64,000 bases of DNA from Deltaproteobacteria bacterium (GTDB lineage: Bacteria > Myxococcota_A > Polyangia > Polyangiales > Houyiibacteriaceae). Positions 17,914-31,656 of the stretch are shown here, piece by piece (position 1 is the stretch's first letter; every line of letters starts with the position of its first letter). Both the position numbers and the translations under genes were made by a program. The stretch is from positions 32,001 to 96,000 of the forward strand of contig JAXMNT010000016.1 in NCBI GenBank assembly GCA_034670305.1, given 5' to 3'. The notes under the pieces were generated by a model. That model saw only the letters and a list, made by a program, of their open reading frames with translations, made no database searches and had not been told where the DNA came from.

Positions 17914-20900
17914 ATGCGCACAGCAGCCTTCCTCGCGTTCTTCCTCTCCGGCGCCTCGAGCCTGATCTTTCAATCGATCTGGTCGCGGATGCTCCACAAA
18001 GTGTTCGGGGCCAGCAGCGTCGCGATCAGCACCACCGTCGCGGTCTTCATGGCCGGTCTCGGGCTGGGCGCGTTCATCGCCGGCAAGTACGCCGACCGGA
18101 TCAAACACCCGCTCATCACCTACGGCATCATCGAGGCGGTCGTCGGCGCCTGGGCGCTCCTCGTGCCCTACCTCGTGGATCCCGAGGGGTGGCTCGCGGG
18201 CGTGAACTCGTACCTGCGCAACGAGTACGGCGCCGAGTCCATGGGCTTCATGCTCGCGCGGTTCGCGTGTGTGGTTCCGGTGCTCCTGGTGCCGACCACG
18301 ATGATGGGCGCGAGCCTGCCGCTGCTCTCGCGGCACTTCGTCCAGCGCGAGAGCGACTCGGGCAAGGTCGGGTCCTGGGTCGGCGCGCTCTACTCCGTGA
18401 ACACATTCGGAGCCTGCGCCGGCGTCGGGCTCGGGGCATTCATCCTCATGCCCTCGATCGGCGTGAAGCTGACCAACAGCGTCGCCGCGGGCATGAACTT
18501 CGCCCTGTTTCTGATGATCTTCGGGTTCCGCCGCTTCCTGCTCGGCAACACCTGGAAACCCGGTGAGAAGCTCTCGTTCCTCCCGACCAAGAAGGTCGCG
18601 GAGACGAAGTCCGCGGACCCCGAATCGGAGGACGCGGAAGCGGACGGGGAGCCCGCCGAAGACGAAGTCGAGGCCCAAGAGAGCGAGGACGGCAAGTCTT
18701 CGAAACGGAAGAAGAAGGACAAACGCGCCAAGCGCGCGGAGGTGCCTGCGCCGACGCCCGAGCCCGACCCCGACGACGAGAACCTGCCCGCGATGCCGAT
18801 CCCGGCCATCGCCCGCAGCATGGCGCTCTTCGCGTTCGCGGCCTCCGGGTTTGCGTCCCTCTGCTACGAGGTCGTCTGGTCCCGCTCGCTCGCGATGACG
18901 ATCGGTTCGTCCTTCCACGCGTTCTCGCTAATCCTGCTCACGTTCCTGATCGGCATCGGCGGCGGCAGCGCGGTCGCGTCTGGCGTGCTCGCGGGCAAAC
19001 GCATGCTCGGCAGCGTCGCGATCACCTGCGTGGTGCTGACGTTCTTCGCCAACACGAGCTGGGCGGTCGAGAGCGACGTCGCGACCTACCTGATGGTGAG
19101 CACCGTCTTCGCGCTCCCCATCGTGATCATCTGGGGCGCGGTGACCCAGAGACGCAAAGCGCTCGCCGAGGCGGGACCGCTCCGTTTGCCGGTCCTCCCC
19201 ACCCTCCTCGTCCTCTGCGTGCCGGCCGTCGCCGCGCTCATCAACCTCGTCTCCCACGCTGGACGCCTCAGCTCCATCGTCGCGGCGGTCACGCTCTGCA
19301 TCTCGGCGTTCCTTGCGCTGCTCGTGTCGCTGCGCCGGTACCCGGTGATGCAGCTCGCGATGATGACCCTGTTCATCGCCGCGGCTGCGTTCGTGAACTA
19401 CATCTTCCAAGACGAAGTGCCGTGCGCCTTCGCCGCGCTCGTCTCGACGATCGAGACGCTCTACGAGAGCGTCGGCGTCGTCCAGTTCTTCATGTTCTTG
19501 ACCGTGGTGCTCTGCACCCTGCCGGCCACGCTCGGCATGGGCGCGATGTTCCCGCTCGTGCTCCGGGTGTGGACCCGCGGCGGCGACAACGTCGGCCGCG
19601 ACGTGGGCAACGTCTACGCCGGCAACACGCTCGGCTCGATCCTCGGCGCATGGCTTCCCGGCTTCGTGTTGATGCAGTCGCTCGGCATGGAGCGAACCAT
19701 CATCGTCGGCATGTTCGTATACCTCGGCGCCACGCTGCTCCTGCTCGTCGCCGCCGCGGCCGATCGGCCGGCGTCGGTCGGACTCGAGACGCTCGACGAA
19801 AAGAAGAAGACCAAAGCCGCGAAGAAGAAGGCCAAGGCCGAGAAGAAGAAGGCCGAAGAAGACGACGAGCTGTTCGGTGAAGGGCGGGATCCGAACGCCC
19901 CACCGGCCTGGTACGCCGTCACCATCTACGTGCTCGCGCCGCTGGTGCCGCCGATGGTCGTCCTGCTCTTCCTGCTGGGCTGGAAGCCCGGTTTCTTCGA
20001 GACGCTCGAAGACATGCGCTGGAACCTCTCGCAGATGACGCTCGGCGTGTTCCGCGTATCGCTCGCGGAAGATGCGTGCAGCGACGGCTGGGGCGAACCC
20101 GATCTCGTCTACTACCACGACGGACTGAGCACGACCGTCTCCGTCGAGCGGTGGGGCCGGCACTACGCGCTGAAGAACAACGGCAAGGTCGACGCCTCGA
20201 ACGGCGACGACATGCCGACGCAGATCATGGTCGCCGCGTACCCGCTCTTGATGCACGACGCGGGCGCCGAAGATCTGGACGTCGCCATCATCGGTTTCGG
20301 CTCAGGCGTGACCGTCGGCTCGACCCTGAAGTTCCCGGTACGGTCCGTCGACGTCATCGAACTCGAACGCTCCATTCCGGAAGCGAGCAAGTTCTTCGCC
20401 GAGGTGAACCACCTCGAATACGTGCACACGGACTTTCCCTACGTGGAGATGGATCGGCTCACGGTCATCAACGACGACGGTCGCAACTACTTGGCCAGCA
20501 CGGACAAAGAGTACGACCTCATCATCAGCGAGCCGAGCAACCCCTGGATCACGGGCGTCTCGGATCTGTTCACGACGGACCACTTCCGGATCACCAAGCA
20601 GCGGCTGCGGCCCGGCGGCATCTACTGCCAGTGGGTGCAGCTCTACGAGCTCAGTCCGGAGAACATCAAGACCATCTACCGGACGTTCGCCTCTCAGTTC
20701 GAACACGTGGTCGTGTTCTCCGCCGAGGACCTGTCGAGCGACACCGTGCTGCTGGGTTCGGACTCACCGCTGCCGCTGGACATCAACCGCATCCGGCAGA
20801 CCTACCAGCTGCCCGGCGTCGCGGAGGAACTCGAGCGCGCGTACATCCACTCGCCCTACGACGTCTTCGCACGCGTGTTGCTCGCAACCCGCGACGAGGT

Positions 20901-21858
20901 GCAGCAGTTCACTCAGATCGAGAGCCGTCTGCGCGGCGGCGTCTGGACCGAACACCCGGACTCCAACAACGATCCAGACCACGGCTGTCCGCCCGCGAGC
21001 TGCCGGCGCGATCCAGTGATCTTGAACACCGACGACAACGCCCACATCGAGTTCCAAGCGCCACGGGATCTCATCGGCTTCCAACGCTACGACGGCTACC
21101 TCGCGAACATCTATGCGATCGACTGGCCCTTCGGACGGCTCGCCGCGAACATCGAAGGCTTCGGCGATGGGCCCGATTCCGCGGAGGCGCTGGCCGAGAT
21201 GGCGATGTCCCTCATCGCGCACAACAAGAAGGCGGAAGCGGCCAGCTTCATCACGCGTTCTCAGGACGCGGGTGGCAGCCGCACCACGATCATCGCCGCG
21301 GAGATCCTCACCCGCTTGATGACGGGGGAAGGCGAACCCGCCTTGCGCGTGGAGCCGCCGGTGCCCGGTCCGCAGCTCGCTGCCCGCGAAGCCCGCACCT
21401 TGATGGAGGGGTTCGAAGCCGTCCGTCAGGCGGTCGACATCGGCTCCTACGGAACCGCGCTGGCCGCGATGGAAGAGATCCCCGTGCCGCTTCGGCTGCA
21501 CAGCGGCCCGGGCCTGCGCATGCTCTACGGTTACCTGCTCTACAAGACCGCGGGCACCTACCAGTCCCGCTACCGCGAGGCGATCGAGCAGTTCGAAGAC
21601 CTCATTCGGAGCGAAGAGACGTACATCCTTCGCCACCCGGAGATCTTCTACTTCCTCGGCCGTGCCCACGACGCGGAGCTCAACTTCGACAAAGCCCTGC
21701 GCAACATGCGCATCTTCGTCGAAGCCCGACTCCAAGCGATGGAGGAGGCCGAGCTTGCCCCCGACGTCGCACCGACCACCGACGACCCGGATGCCGAGGA
21801 CCCGCCGGACGGAAGCCAGAAAGCCGACCGCCAGGACGACGCACCCGCGCCCGAGTGA
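17914..21858 (+). CDS. Fused membrane (MFS-like)/spermidine synthase-like protein with C-terminal TPR
   Basis: Repeated FFLSG/FAASG...W.R and LY..NT.G membrane modules; SAM-fold IGFGSG, VIELE, DDGRNYL, DLIISEPSNPW; NTDDN. Confidence 0.9.
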   Translation: MRTAAFLAFFLSGASSLIFQSIWSRMLHKVFGASSVAISTTVAVFMAGLGLGAFIAGKYADRIKHPLITYGIIEAVVGAWALLVPYLVDPEGWLAGVNSYLRNEYGAESMGFMLARFACVVPVLLVPTTMMGASLPLLSRHFVQRESDSGKVGSWVGALYSVNTFGACAGVGLGAFILMPSIGVKLTNSVAAGMNFALFLMIFGFRRFLLGNTWKPGEKLSFLPTKKVAETKSADPESEDAEADGEPAEDEVEAQESEDGKSSKRKKKDKRAKRAEVPAPTPEPDPDDENLPAMPIPAIARSMALFAFAASGFASLCYEVVWSRSLAMTIGSSFHAFSLILLTFLIGIGGGSAVASGVLAGKRMLGSVAITCVVLTFFANTSWAVESDVATYLMVSTVFALPIVIIWGAVTQRRKALAEAGPLRLPVLPTLLVLCVPAVAALINLVSHAGRLSSIVAAVTLCISAFLALLVSLRRYPVMQLAMMTLFIAAAAFVNYIFQDEVPCAFAALVSTIETLYESVGVVQFFMFLTVVLCTLPATLGMGAMFPLVLRVWTRGGDNVGRDVGNVYAGNTLGSILGAWLPGFVLMQSLGMERTIIVGMFVYLGATLLLLVAAAADRPASVGLETLDEKKKTKAAKKKAKAEKKKAEEDDELFGEGRDPNAPPAWYAVTIYVLAPLVPPMVVLLFLLGWKPGFFETLEDMRWNLSQMTLGVFRVSLAEDACSDGWGEPDLVYYHDGLSTTVSVERWGRHYALKNNGKVDASNGDDMPTQIMVAAYPLLMHDAGAEDLDVAIIGFGSGVTVGSTLKFPVRSVDVIELERSIPEASKFFAEVNHLEYVHTDFPYVEMDRLTVINDDGRNYLASTDKEYDLIISEPSNPWITGVSDLFTTDHFRITKQRLRPGGIYCQWVQLYELSPENIKTIYRTFASQFEHVVVFSAEDLSSDTVLLGSDSPLPLDINRIRQTYQLPGVAEELERAYIHSPYDVFARVLLATRDEVQQFTQIESRLRGGVWTEHPDSNNDPDHGCPPASCRRDPVILNTDDNAHIEFQAPRDLIGFQRYDGYLANIYAIDWPFGRLAANIEGFGDGPDSAEALAEMAMSLIAHNKKAEAASFITRSQDAGGSRTTIIAAEILTRLMTGEGEPALRVEPPVPGPQLAAREARTLMEGFEAVRQAVDIGSYGTALAAMEEIPVPLRLHSGPGLRMLYGYLLYKTAGTYQSRYREAIEQFEDLIRSEETYILRHPEIFYFLGRAHDAELNFDKALRNMRIFVEARLQAMEEAELAPDVAPTTDDPDAEDPPDGSQKADRQDDAPAPE

Positions 21859-22075
21859 GGTTCGGGGCTTCGGCACTTCGCCAGCGCGGTCTGCCAGCCG
21901 CTGGATGTCACCTGTACTACGCACCACGACCCCCAAGTGCGTAGACTGCTTCGCGCGATCGCCTGCCTACCTTCACCCACAAATCCCGACCGGTCGGTCG
22001 GTTTGTAGGCCAAGCCCTGGACATCACGAGCGAAACCCAGACGAGTCACCCTCGATACCCGCGCGGCTCCAAAGT

Positions 22076-22091
22076 TGGCACACCGCATGCT
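22076..22091 (+). promoter_or_regulatory. Sigma54 (-24/-12) promoter
   Basis: TGGCACACCGCATGCT has the GG-N10-GC spacing, upstream of a small ORF. Confidence 0.7.
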
Positions 22092-22166
22092 CTAGGCACA
22101 CCCGAGATGTCACGGGGCTCCACAGCAAATCTCGGCGAAGTCGCCGAACCCAAAGACAAACCAACG

Positions 22167-22391
22167 ATGAAGACCGGGGAGAACGACGTGCAAGCAGCAG
22201 CAGCGACCAGTGAAGCGGCAGATCATGGCCGCATCAGCAGTCCCGCCGGAGACGCGCGCGCGCTTCGAATCCTCGCCAAGTCCGTCTACCGCGAGCTTCG
22301 TGCCAGCGGTCACAGCCGCTCCGACATCGTGGGCTTCACGAACGCGCTGCTCGAGCTGGTGACGACGGACCTGAAGTCCGGCGACCAGTAG
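22167..22391 (+). CDS. Small conserved-looking hypothetical protein
   Basis: Core RILAKSVYRELRASG..SDIVGFTNALLELVT. It has its own sigma54 promoter and terminator. Alternative start at 22107. Confidence 0.7.
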   Translation: MKTGENDVQAAAATSEAADHGRISSPAGDARALRILAKSVYRELRASGHSRSDIVGFTNALLELVTTDLKSGDQ

Positions 22392-22414
22392 CCCTCTTCG
22401 TGGCTTGAGTGCCG

Positions 22415-22442
22415 AGCCCGTCGATTCGTCGGCGGGCTTTCG
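22415..22442 (+). terminator. Hairpin terminator
   Basis: AGCCCGTCGA-TTCG-TCGGCGGGCT followed by TT. Confidence 0.6.
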
Positions 22443-22638
22443 CAATTCTCATGGGGCTGGCAAGTGGCCCGAGGAGCCCAGCACAGGTCTAGTTGTCGCC
22501 GACTGGGTGGAGCACAGTGCGATCCTTTGTGCGTGTGGTCCCGGGCATCCTTGACCTTTGGGGGCGCAAGACTAAGTGTCGTGCCGCGAGCGGCGCGACG
22601 CGACGAACTCGCATTCCCGAAGACTGAGGAGCGAAGGC

Positions 22639-23652
22639 GTGAGCACGAAGATCGGCATCAATGGTTTCGGACGCATCGGACGCTGTGTGGCGCGGGCCAT
22701 CCTGGCGGACCCCAAAAGCGACCTCGAGATCGTCGGCATCAACGACCTCACCGACGACGCGACCCTCGCGCACCTGCTGGAGTTCGACTCGGTGCATCGC
22801 CGATTCGAACACGAGGTGTCGGCGGTGGACGGTGGCCTCCAGATCGGCGATCGCACCATCGCGACGAGTGCCGAACGCGACCCGTCGAAGCTCAAGTGGA
22901 AGGACCTCGGCGCCGAGGTCGTGCTCGAATGCACGGGCGTGTTCCGCAACAGCGACACGGCCAAGCCGCATCTCGCCGCGGGCGCCAAGAAGGTCATCGT
23001 CAGCGCGCCCGCCAAGGGCCCGATCGACGCCACGTTCTGCGTGGGCATCAACACCGACTCGTACGACGCGTCGAAGCACCACATCGTGAGCAACGCGTCC
23101 TGCACGACGAACTGCCTCGCGCCGGTCGCCAAGGTCGTCGACGAGACCTTCGGCATCGTGAAGGGCCACATGGTCACGGTCCACAGCTACACGAACGACC
23201 AGCGCATCCTCGATCTGCCGCACTCGGACCTGCGCCGCGCGCGCGCCGCGGGCCTCTCGATGATCCCGACCAGCACCGGCGCCGCCAAGGCCGTCGCGCT
23301 CGTCCTCCCGCAGCTCGCCGGCAAGTTCGAAGGCTGCGCCATCCGCGTGCCGACCCCGGACGTCTCGCTCGTCTGCCTCACGGTCGTCGTCGGCAAACAG
23401 ACCACGGTCGAAGAAGTGAACGGCGCGCTCCAAGCCGCGGCCGAAGGTCCACTCAAGGGCATCCTCTACTTCGAGACCAAGCCGCTCGTCTCCAACGACT
23501 TCATCGGCAACCCGCACTCGTCCATCGTGGACGCGGCCCAGACCCAGGTGGTCGGCGGCGACATGGTGGAGATCCAGGCCTGGTACGACAACGAGTGGGG
23601 TTTCAGCAACCGCATGATCGACCTGACCCGCGTGCTCGTCGGAAAGGGCTGA
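22639..23652 (+). CDS. gap: Glyceraldehyde-3-phosphate dehydrogenase
   Basis: INGFGRIGR, SNASCTTNCLAP, WYDNEWG; GTG start after GAGGAG. Confidence 0.98.
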   Translation: MSTKIGINGFGRIGRCVARAILADPKSDLEIVGINDLTDDATLAHLLEFDSVHRRFEHEVSAVDGGLQIGDRTIATSAERDPSKLKWKDLGAEVVLECTGVFRNSDTAKPHLAAGAKKVIVSAPAKGPIDATFCVGINTDSYDASKHHIVSNASCTTNCLAPVAKVVDETFGIVKGHMVTVHSYTNDQRILDLPHSDLRRARAAGLSMIPTSTGAAKAVALVLPQLAGKFEGCAIRVPTPDVSLVCLTVVVGKQTTVEEVNGALQAAAEGPLKGILYFETKPLVSNDFIGNPHSSIVDAAQTQVVGGDMVEIQAWYDNEWGFSNRMIDLTRVLVGKG

Positions 23653-23653
23653 G

Positions 23654-24856
23654 ATGTTCGAGTCGCTCGAGGATCTTCCGCTCGCGGGCCGGCGGGTGTT
23701 CATCCGCGTCGACTTCAACGTCCCGCTGGAAGAAGGCCCCAAAGGTGGGCGGGTGGTCGGCGACGACACCCGCATCACCGCCGCGCTCAAGACCATCCTG
23801 TACGTGATCGAAGCGGGCGGACGCGTGGTCCTCGCGTCGCACCTCGGTCGACCGAAGGGCAAGCGGGTCGACGCGTTCGGTATGGAGCCGGTCGCGCAGC
23901 ACCTCGCCTCACTGCTGCCCGAAGGCGAAGTCATCCTTGCGGACGACTGCATCGGGGACGGTGCGCGCAAGGTCGTCGGTGACCTGCGCGATGGCCAGGT
24001 CGCGCTCCTCGAGAACCTCCGGTTTCACGAAGGCGAAGAGAACAACGACGAAGCCTTTGCGCGGGAGCTCGCGAAGCTCGCCGACGTGTTCATCAACGAC
24101 GCGTTCGGTGCCGCCCACCGGGCCCACGCCTCGGTCGCCGCGCTGCCCGCCCTCATCAAGGACAAGGGCGCCGGGTACCTGATGCGCTCGGAGTTGGTCG
24201 CCCTCGACAAACTCCGAGGCGAGGTGAAACGCCCTTACGTCGCCATTCTTGGCGGCGCCAAGGTCAGCGACAAACTCGGCGTCATCGAGTCCCTTCTCGA
24301 GCGCGTCCAGACGTTGATCATCGGTGGCGCCATGGCGAACACCTTCCTCGCGTCCCAGGGACTGCTCATGGGTGCGAGCCTCGTCGAAGAAGACAAACTC
24401 GCCCTCGCCCGCAACCTGCTCGAGAAGGCGCAGCGCCGAAACGTCAACGTGCTGCTGCCCGTCGACCTGCGCATCGGGAAGAGCCTCGACGACCCGATGG
24501 GCCAGGTCGCCGAACTCGAAGTCCCCGACGGCCAGATGGCGCTCGACATCGGGCCAGCCACCGAAGTCGAATACGCCGCCGCGATCGCAGAGGCGGGCAC
24601 CGTGTTCTGGAACGGTCCAATGGGCCTCTTCGAGAACAAGGCGTTCGCCTCGGGCACCTTGGCGGTCGCGCGGGCCCTCGCGTCCTGCCGCGGGTTCACG
24701 GTGGTCGGCGGCGGAGACAGCGTCGCCGCCGTTCAGGATGCCGGCACGGCCGACCAGTACGACCACGTCTCGACCGGTGGGGGCGCGAGCCTGCAGTACT
24801 TGCAGGGCGAGCGGCTGCCGGGCGTCGAAGCCCTCCGCACGAAAGTCATCGGATGA
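23654..24856 (+). CDS. pgk: Phosphoglycerate kinase
   Basis: RVDFNVPL, SHLGRP, LLENLRF, GGAKVSDK, WNGPMG, STGGGASL. Confidence 0.98.
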   Translation: MFESLEDLPLAGRRVFIRVDFNVPLEEGPKGGRVVGDDTRITAALKTILYVIEAGGRVVLASHLGRPKGKRVDAFGMEPVAQHLASLLPEGEVILADDCIGDGARKVVGDLRDGQVALLENLRFHEGEENNDEAFARELAKLADVFINDAFGAAHRAHASVAALPALIKDKGAGYLMRSELVALDKLRGEVKRPYVAILGGAKVSDKLGVIESLLERVQTLIIGGAMANTFLASQGLLMGASLVEEDKLALARNLLEKAQRRNVNVLLPVDLRIGKSLDDPMGQVAELEVPDGQMALDIGPATEVEYAAAIAEAGTVFWNGPMGLFENKAFASGTLAVARALASCRGFTVVGGGDSVAAVQDAGTADQYDHVSTGGGASLQYLQGERLPGVEALRTKVIG

Positions 24857-25599
24857 GTCGAACACCCCTCATCGCGGGCAACTGGAAGTTGCACAAGACC
24901 ATCGCCGAGGCGCGCGCGCTCGCAGCCGGCCTGAAGGACGCACCGTCCAAGCACGTGGAGGTGCTCGTCGCGCCGGTCGCGACCGCCCTGCACGCCGTCG
25001 TCGAGACGCTGGCGGGCTCCGGTGTGTTCGTCGCCGGCCAGAACTGCCACTCCGAGAACCAAGGCGCATTCACCGGCGAACTGAGCCCGCTGCTGCTCGC
25101 CGATGCCGGCTGCACCCATTGCATCGTCGGCCACTCGGAGCGCCGCCAGATCTTCGGCGAAACCGACGCGGGCGTGAACCGGAAGGCCCACACGCTCCTC
25201 GAGGTCGGGCTGACGCCGATTGTCTGTGTGGGCGAGACCCTCGCCCAGCGCGAGGCTGGGGAGACGCTCGCGGTGGTGAAGTCCCAGGTGGACGGCGCCC
25301 TCGCAGGCCTCGACGTGGCCAAGCTGATTCTGGCCTACGAACCGGTCTGGGCCATCGGCACCGGCAAAACCGCTTCTCCCGCCGATGCGCAGGCCGTGCA
25401 CGCCGCCATCCGCGGCTGGCTGGCGGACGCCCATGGGGAGGTGGCACAATCGGTACGGATCCTCTATGGAGGATCGGTCAAACCGGCCAATGCCGCCGAT
25501 CTCCTCGCGGAGACCGACATCGATGGAGCGCTCGTCGGCGGCGCTTCCCTCGACCCAGACACCTTCCTGCCGATCGTGCACGCCGCACACAAGAGCTAG
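24853..25599 (+). CDS. tpiA: Triosephosphate isomerase
   Basis: AGNWK, GHSERR, AYEPVWAIGTG, YGGSVKP, LVGGASL. Confidence 0.98.
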   Translation: MSRTPLIAGNWKLHKTIAEARALAAGLKDAPSKHVEVLVAPVATALHAVVETLAGSGVFVAGQNCHSENQGAFTGELSPLLLADAGCTHCIVGHSERRQIFGETDAGVNRKAHTLLEVGLTPIVCVGETLAQREAGETLAVVKSQVDGALAGLDVAKLILAYEPVWAIGTGKTASPADAQAVHAAIRGWLADAHGEVAQSVRILYGGSVKPANAADLLAETDIDGALVGGASLDPDTFLPIVHAAHKS

Positions 25600-25608
25600 A
25601 GCCCCACC

Positions 25609-26118
25609 GTGTTCACCTTCCTCAGCATCGTCTACGTATTCGTCTGCCTGTTCCTCATCCTCGTCGTGCTGCTTCAGTCCGGCAAAGGTGGCGGCATGGG
25701 TTCGGCCTTCGGTGGTCCCGGTGGAGCAGGCACGGCCGTGTTCGGCGGCGCGGGCGCGGGCAACGTGCTCACCAAGATCACCGCGGTGTGCGCCGCGCTC
25801 TTCATGATCCTGAGCGCCACCCTCGCCTACCTCTCGTCGCCCGGCGACCAGGCCCTCGAGAACGCCGCCGCCGCCGTGAGCGGCATCGGCGGCGAAGGCG
25901 ACGACGACGAAGAAGCCACCTCGCCGGAAGAGGCCGCCACCGAGCAGGAAGCGACCGAAGAGGAAGCGACCGAAGAGGAAGCGACCGAAGAGGAAGCGAC
26001 CGATGAGGAAGCGACCGATGAGGCAGCCGATGAGCCCGAGCTGGAGCTCGACGAAGAGGCCGCGGCCGACCTCGCCGAGGACATCGAGGAAGCGCTCGAG
26101 CCCGAAGGCGCCGAGTAG
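25609..26118 (+). CDS. secG: Preprotein translocase subunit SecG with acidic repeat tail
   Basis: LILVVLLQSGKGGGMGSAFGG...LTKIT motif; conserved position after tpiA. Confidence 0.93.
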   Translation: MFTFLSIVYVFVCLFLILVVLLQSGKGGGMGSAFGGPGGAGTAVFGGAGAGNVLTKITAVCAALFMILSATLAYLSSPGDQALENAAAAVSGIGGEGDDDEEATSPEEAATEQEATEEEATEEEATEEEATDEEATDEAADEPELELDEEAAADLAEDIEEALEPEGAE

Positions 26119-26142
26119 GCACCTACGCAGCGCCCACGTACG

Positions 26143-26178
26143 AGCCGAGCCCCACACCCGTGGCGCTCGGCTTCTCTG
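26143..26178 (+). terminator. Hairpin downstream of secG
   Basis: AGCCGAGC-C-CCAC-ACCC-GTGG-C-GCTCGGCT followed by TCTCTG. Confidence 0.5.
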
Positions 26179-26196
26179 TGTCTGGCTGGACGCCGG

Positions 26197-26446
26197 CGGA
26201 TTCGGCATCGGCTTCGGCTTCGGGCGTCGGCTTCGGCTTCGGCTTCGGCTTCGGCGTCGGCGTCGGCTTCGGCGTCGGCTTCGGCGTCCGGCTTCGGCTT
26301 CGGCGTCGGCGTCGGCGTCGGCGTCGGCTTCGGCTTCGGGCGTCGGCGTCCGGCTTCGGCTTCGGCTTCGGCTTCGGCTTCGGCGTCGGCGTCGGCTTCG
26401 GCGTCGGCTTCGGAGTCGGCTTCGGCTTCGGCTTCGGCTCCGGCTT
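26197..26446. repeat. Hexamer array (GGCTTC/GGCGTC)n
   Basis: Seen directly between convergent secG and the kinase gene. Confidence 0.95.
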
Positions 26447-26482
26447 GAAACCGCAAGGACGGGGCGGGGCCCCGACTCGAGC

Positions 26483-30448
<3,966 letters not shown>

Positions 30449-30544
30449 CCCGTCAACTACGGGACGTCCCCACAACCACTGTACACTGTGCGATTCATTT
30501 TTGCCCGCTTCGCCGCGCCTTGTGGGGGCCGCAGATGCGTTAGC

Positions 30545-31585
30545 TCACGGCACGCAGAGCAACCCGAAGTCGACCAAGCGCTGGATCGCATCGTCGTCGA
30601 GCTCGACACCACGGGTCGCCGCCTGCTCGGGGACCGCGTCGACCGGAAGGGTGGCGAAGAGCTCGAGCACACCGAGCAGGTCGGTGGAGACCTCGATCTG
30701 GTCGTACGGGCTGTAGGTGCGGAGCACGCGCTTGCCCTCCGACATGGACACCAGCGTGAGCGGGGCTGGCTCGAGCCTATCCGGGATCTCCGCCAGGGTT
30801 GCGGCGTGGGCGCGGCGGAGGGCGTGGCGTGCGCGCTCCAAGGCGGACCCGCCGATCGCCTGCACTTCTTCCCAGCTGAGCGCCTCGACCCGCGCCGCGC
30901 ACTGCGCGAACCAGCGGTGCTCCGCGAAGCGGTGCGATCCCCACATCGCTTCGTAGCGCGCGGGATCGATGCCCTCGTCGATCGCGTGCCGGTCGACCGC
31001 TTCCCGGCCCCGGGCGTACGCGTCGATCGCTTCGATGGCGGGGTCGCCGAGGTCCGACTCCAGCACACACCACCAGGCGAGCGCGGCGTCGGCGGCGTGG
31101 ATGAAGTCGCGAAGCGCGACCCAGAACGTGCGTCCGGTCAGGCCGCGCTCGTGTTTGCAGAACCAAGTGGCGCAGGTCGCTTCCCGCGCCTCCCAGATGC
31201 TGCACCCGAGGCTCGAGTCGGCGTCGTGGTACGGGCAGCGAAGCCCCTTTGCCCGCCCGAACGTGTCCTTGCCACTCCGGAAGAGCAGCGCGTAGGCCGG
31301 CGGGGCGTCGATCCCGAGTGGGGTCACACCGACCCGTTTGTGGAGCTTGGCCTCGAGCCGCGATCTGCCGACCTGACGAGAAACGTGATGATCCCGAAAA
31401 TAGATCCCGACCCGGTGGGCCGGAAGCCTCGGGTGGTAGGTACAGCACCGAAGCACCGGGTCGAACGCCTCCGCCGCCCCTTCGGCCGTTGTCATCGGGC
31501 AATCGCTGCAGTCGGCGCGCGATTCAGGAGGGGCCTCGAGGGTCAGCGCATCCTGGAGCCAGCGGGCGTAGAGGGCGGGCAGCAC
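30545..31585 (-). CDS. Cys-motif hypothetical protein (YkgJ/FliB-like metal-binding)
   Basis: CSDC, CCTYHP, CPY, CSIWEAREATCATWFC. Start uncertain (GTG 31585 or ATG 31654). Confidence 0.7.
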   Translation of the reverse strand: MLPALYARWLQDALTLEAPPESRADCSDCPMTTAEGAAEAFDPVLRCCTYHPRLPAHRVGIYFRDHHVSRQVGRSRLEAKLHKRVGVTPLGIDAPPAYALLFRSGKDTFGRAKGLRCPYHDADSSLGCSIWEAREATCATWFCKHERGLTGRTFWVALRDFIHAADAALAWWCVLESDLGDPAIEAIDAYARGREAVDRHAIDEGIDPARYEAMWGSHRFAEHRWFAQCAARVEALSWEEVQAIGGSALERARHALRRAHAATLAEIPDRLEPAPLTLVSMSEGKRVLRTYSPYDQIEVSTDLLGVLELFATLPVDAVPEQAATRGVELDDDAIQRLVDFGLLCVP

Positions 31586-31656
31586 CCAACCACGATAACG
31601 CGGCCCCACTCGGCTGGTCGCCCTTTGATTCGGGGATGCTAAGAGACGTGTCATCC

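Noticed and set aside
26119-26200. tRNA-Leu often found after secG
   Set aside because: No cloverleaf, TTC T-loop or CCA end seen; only a hairpin and the hexamer array.
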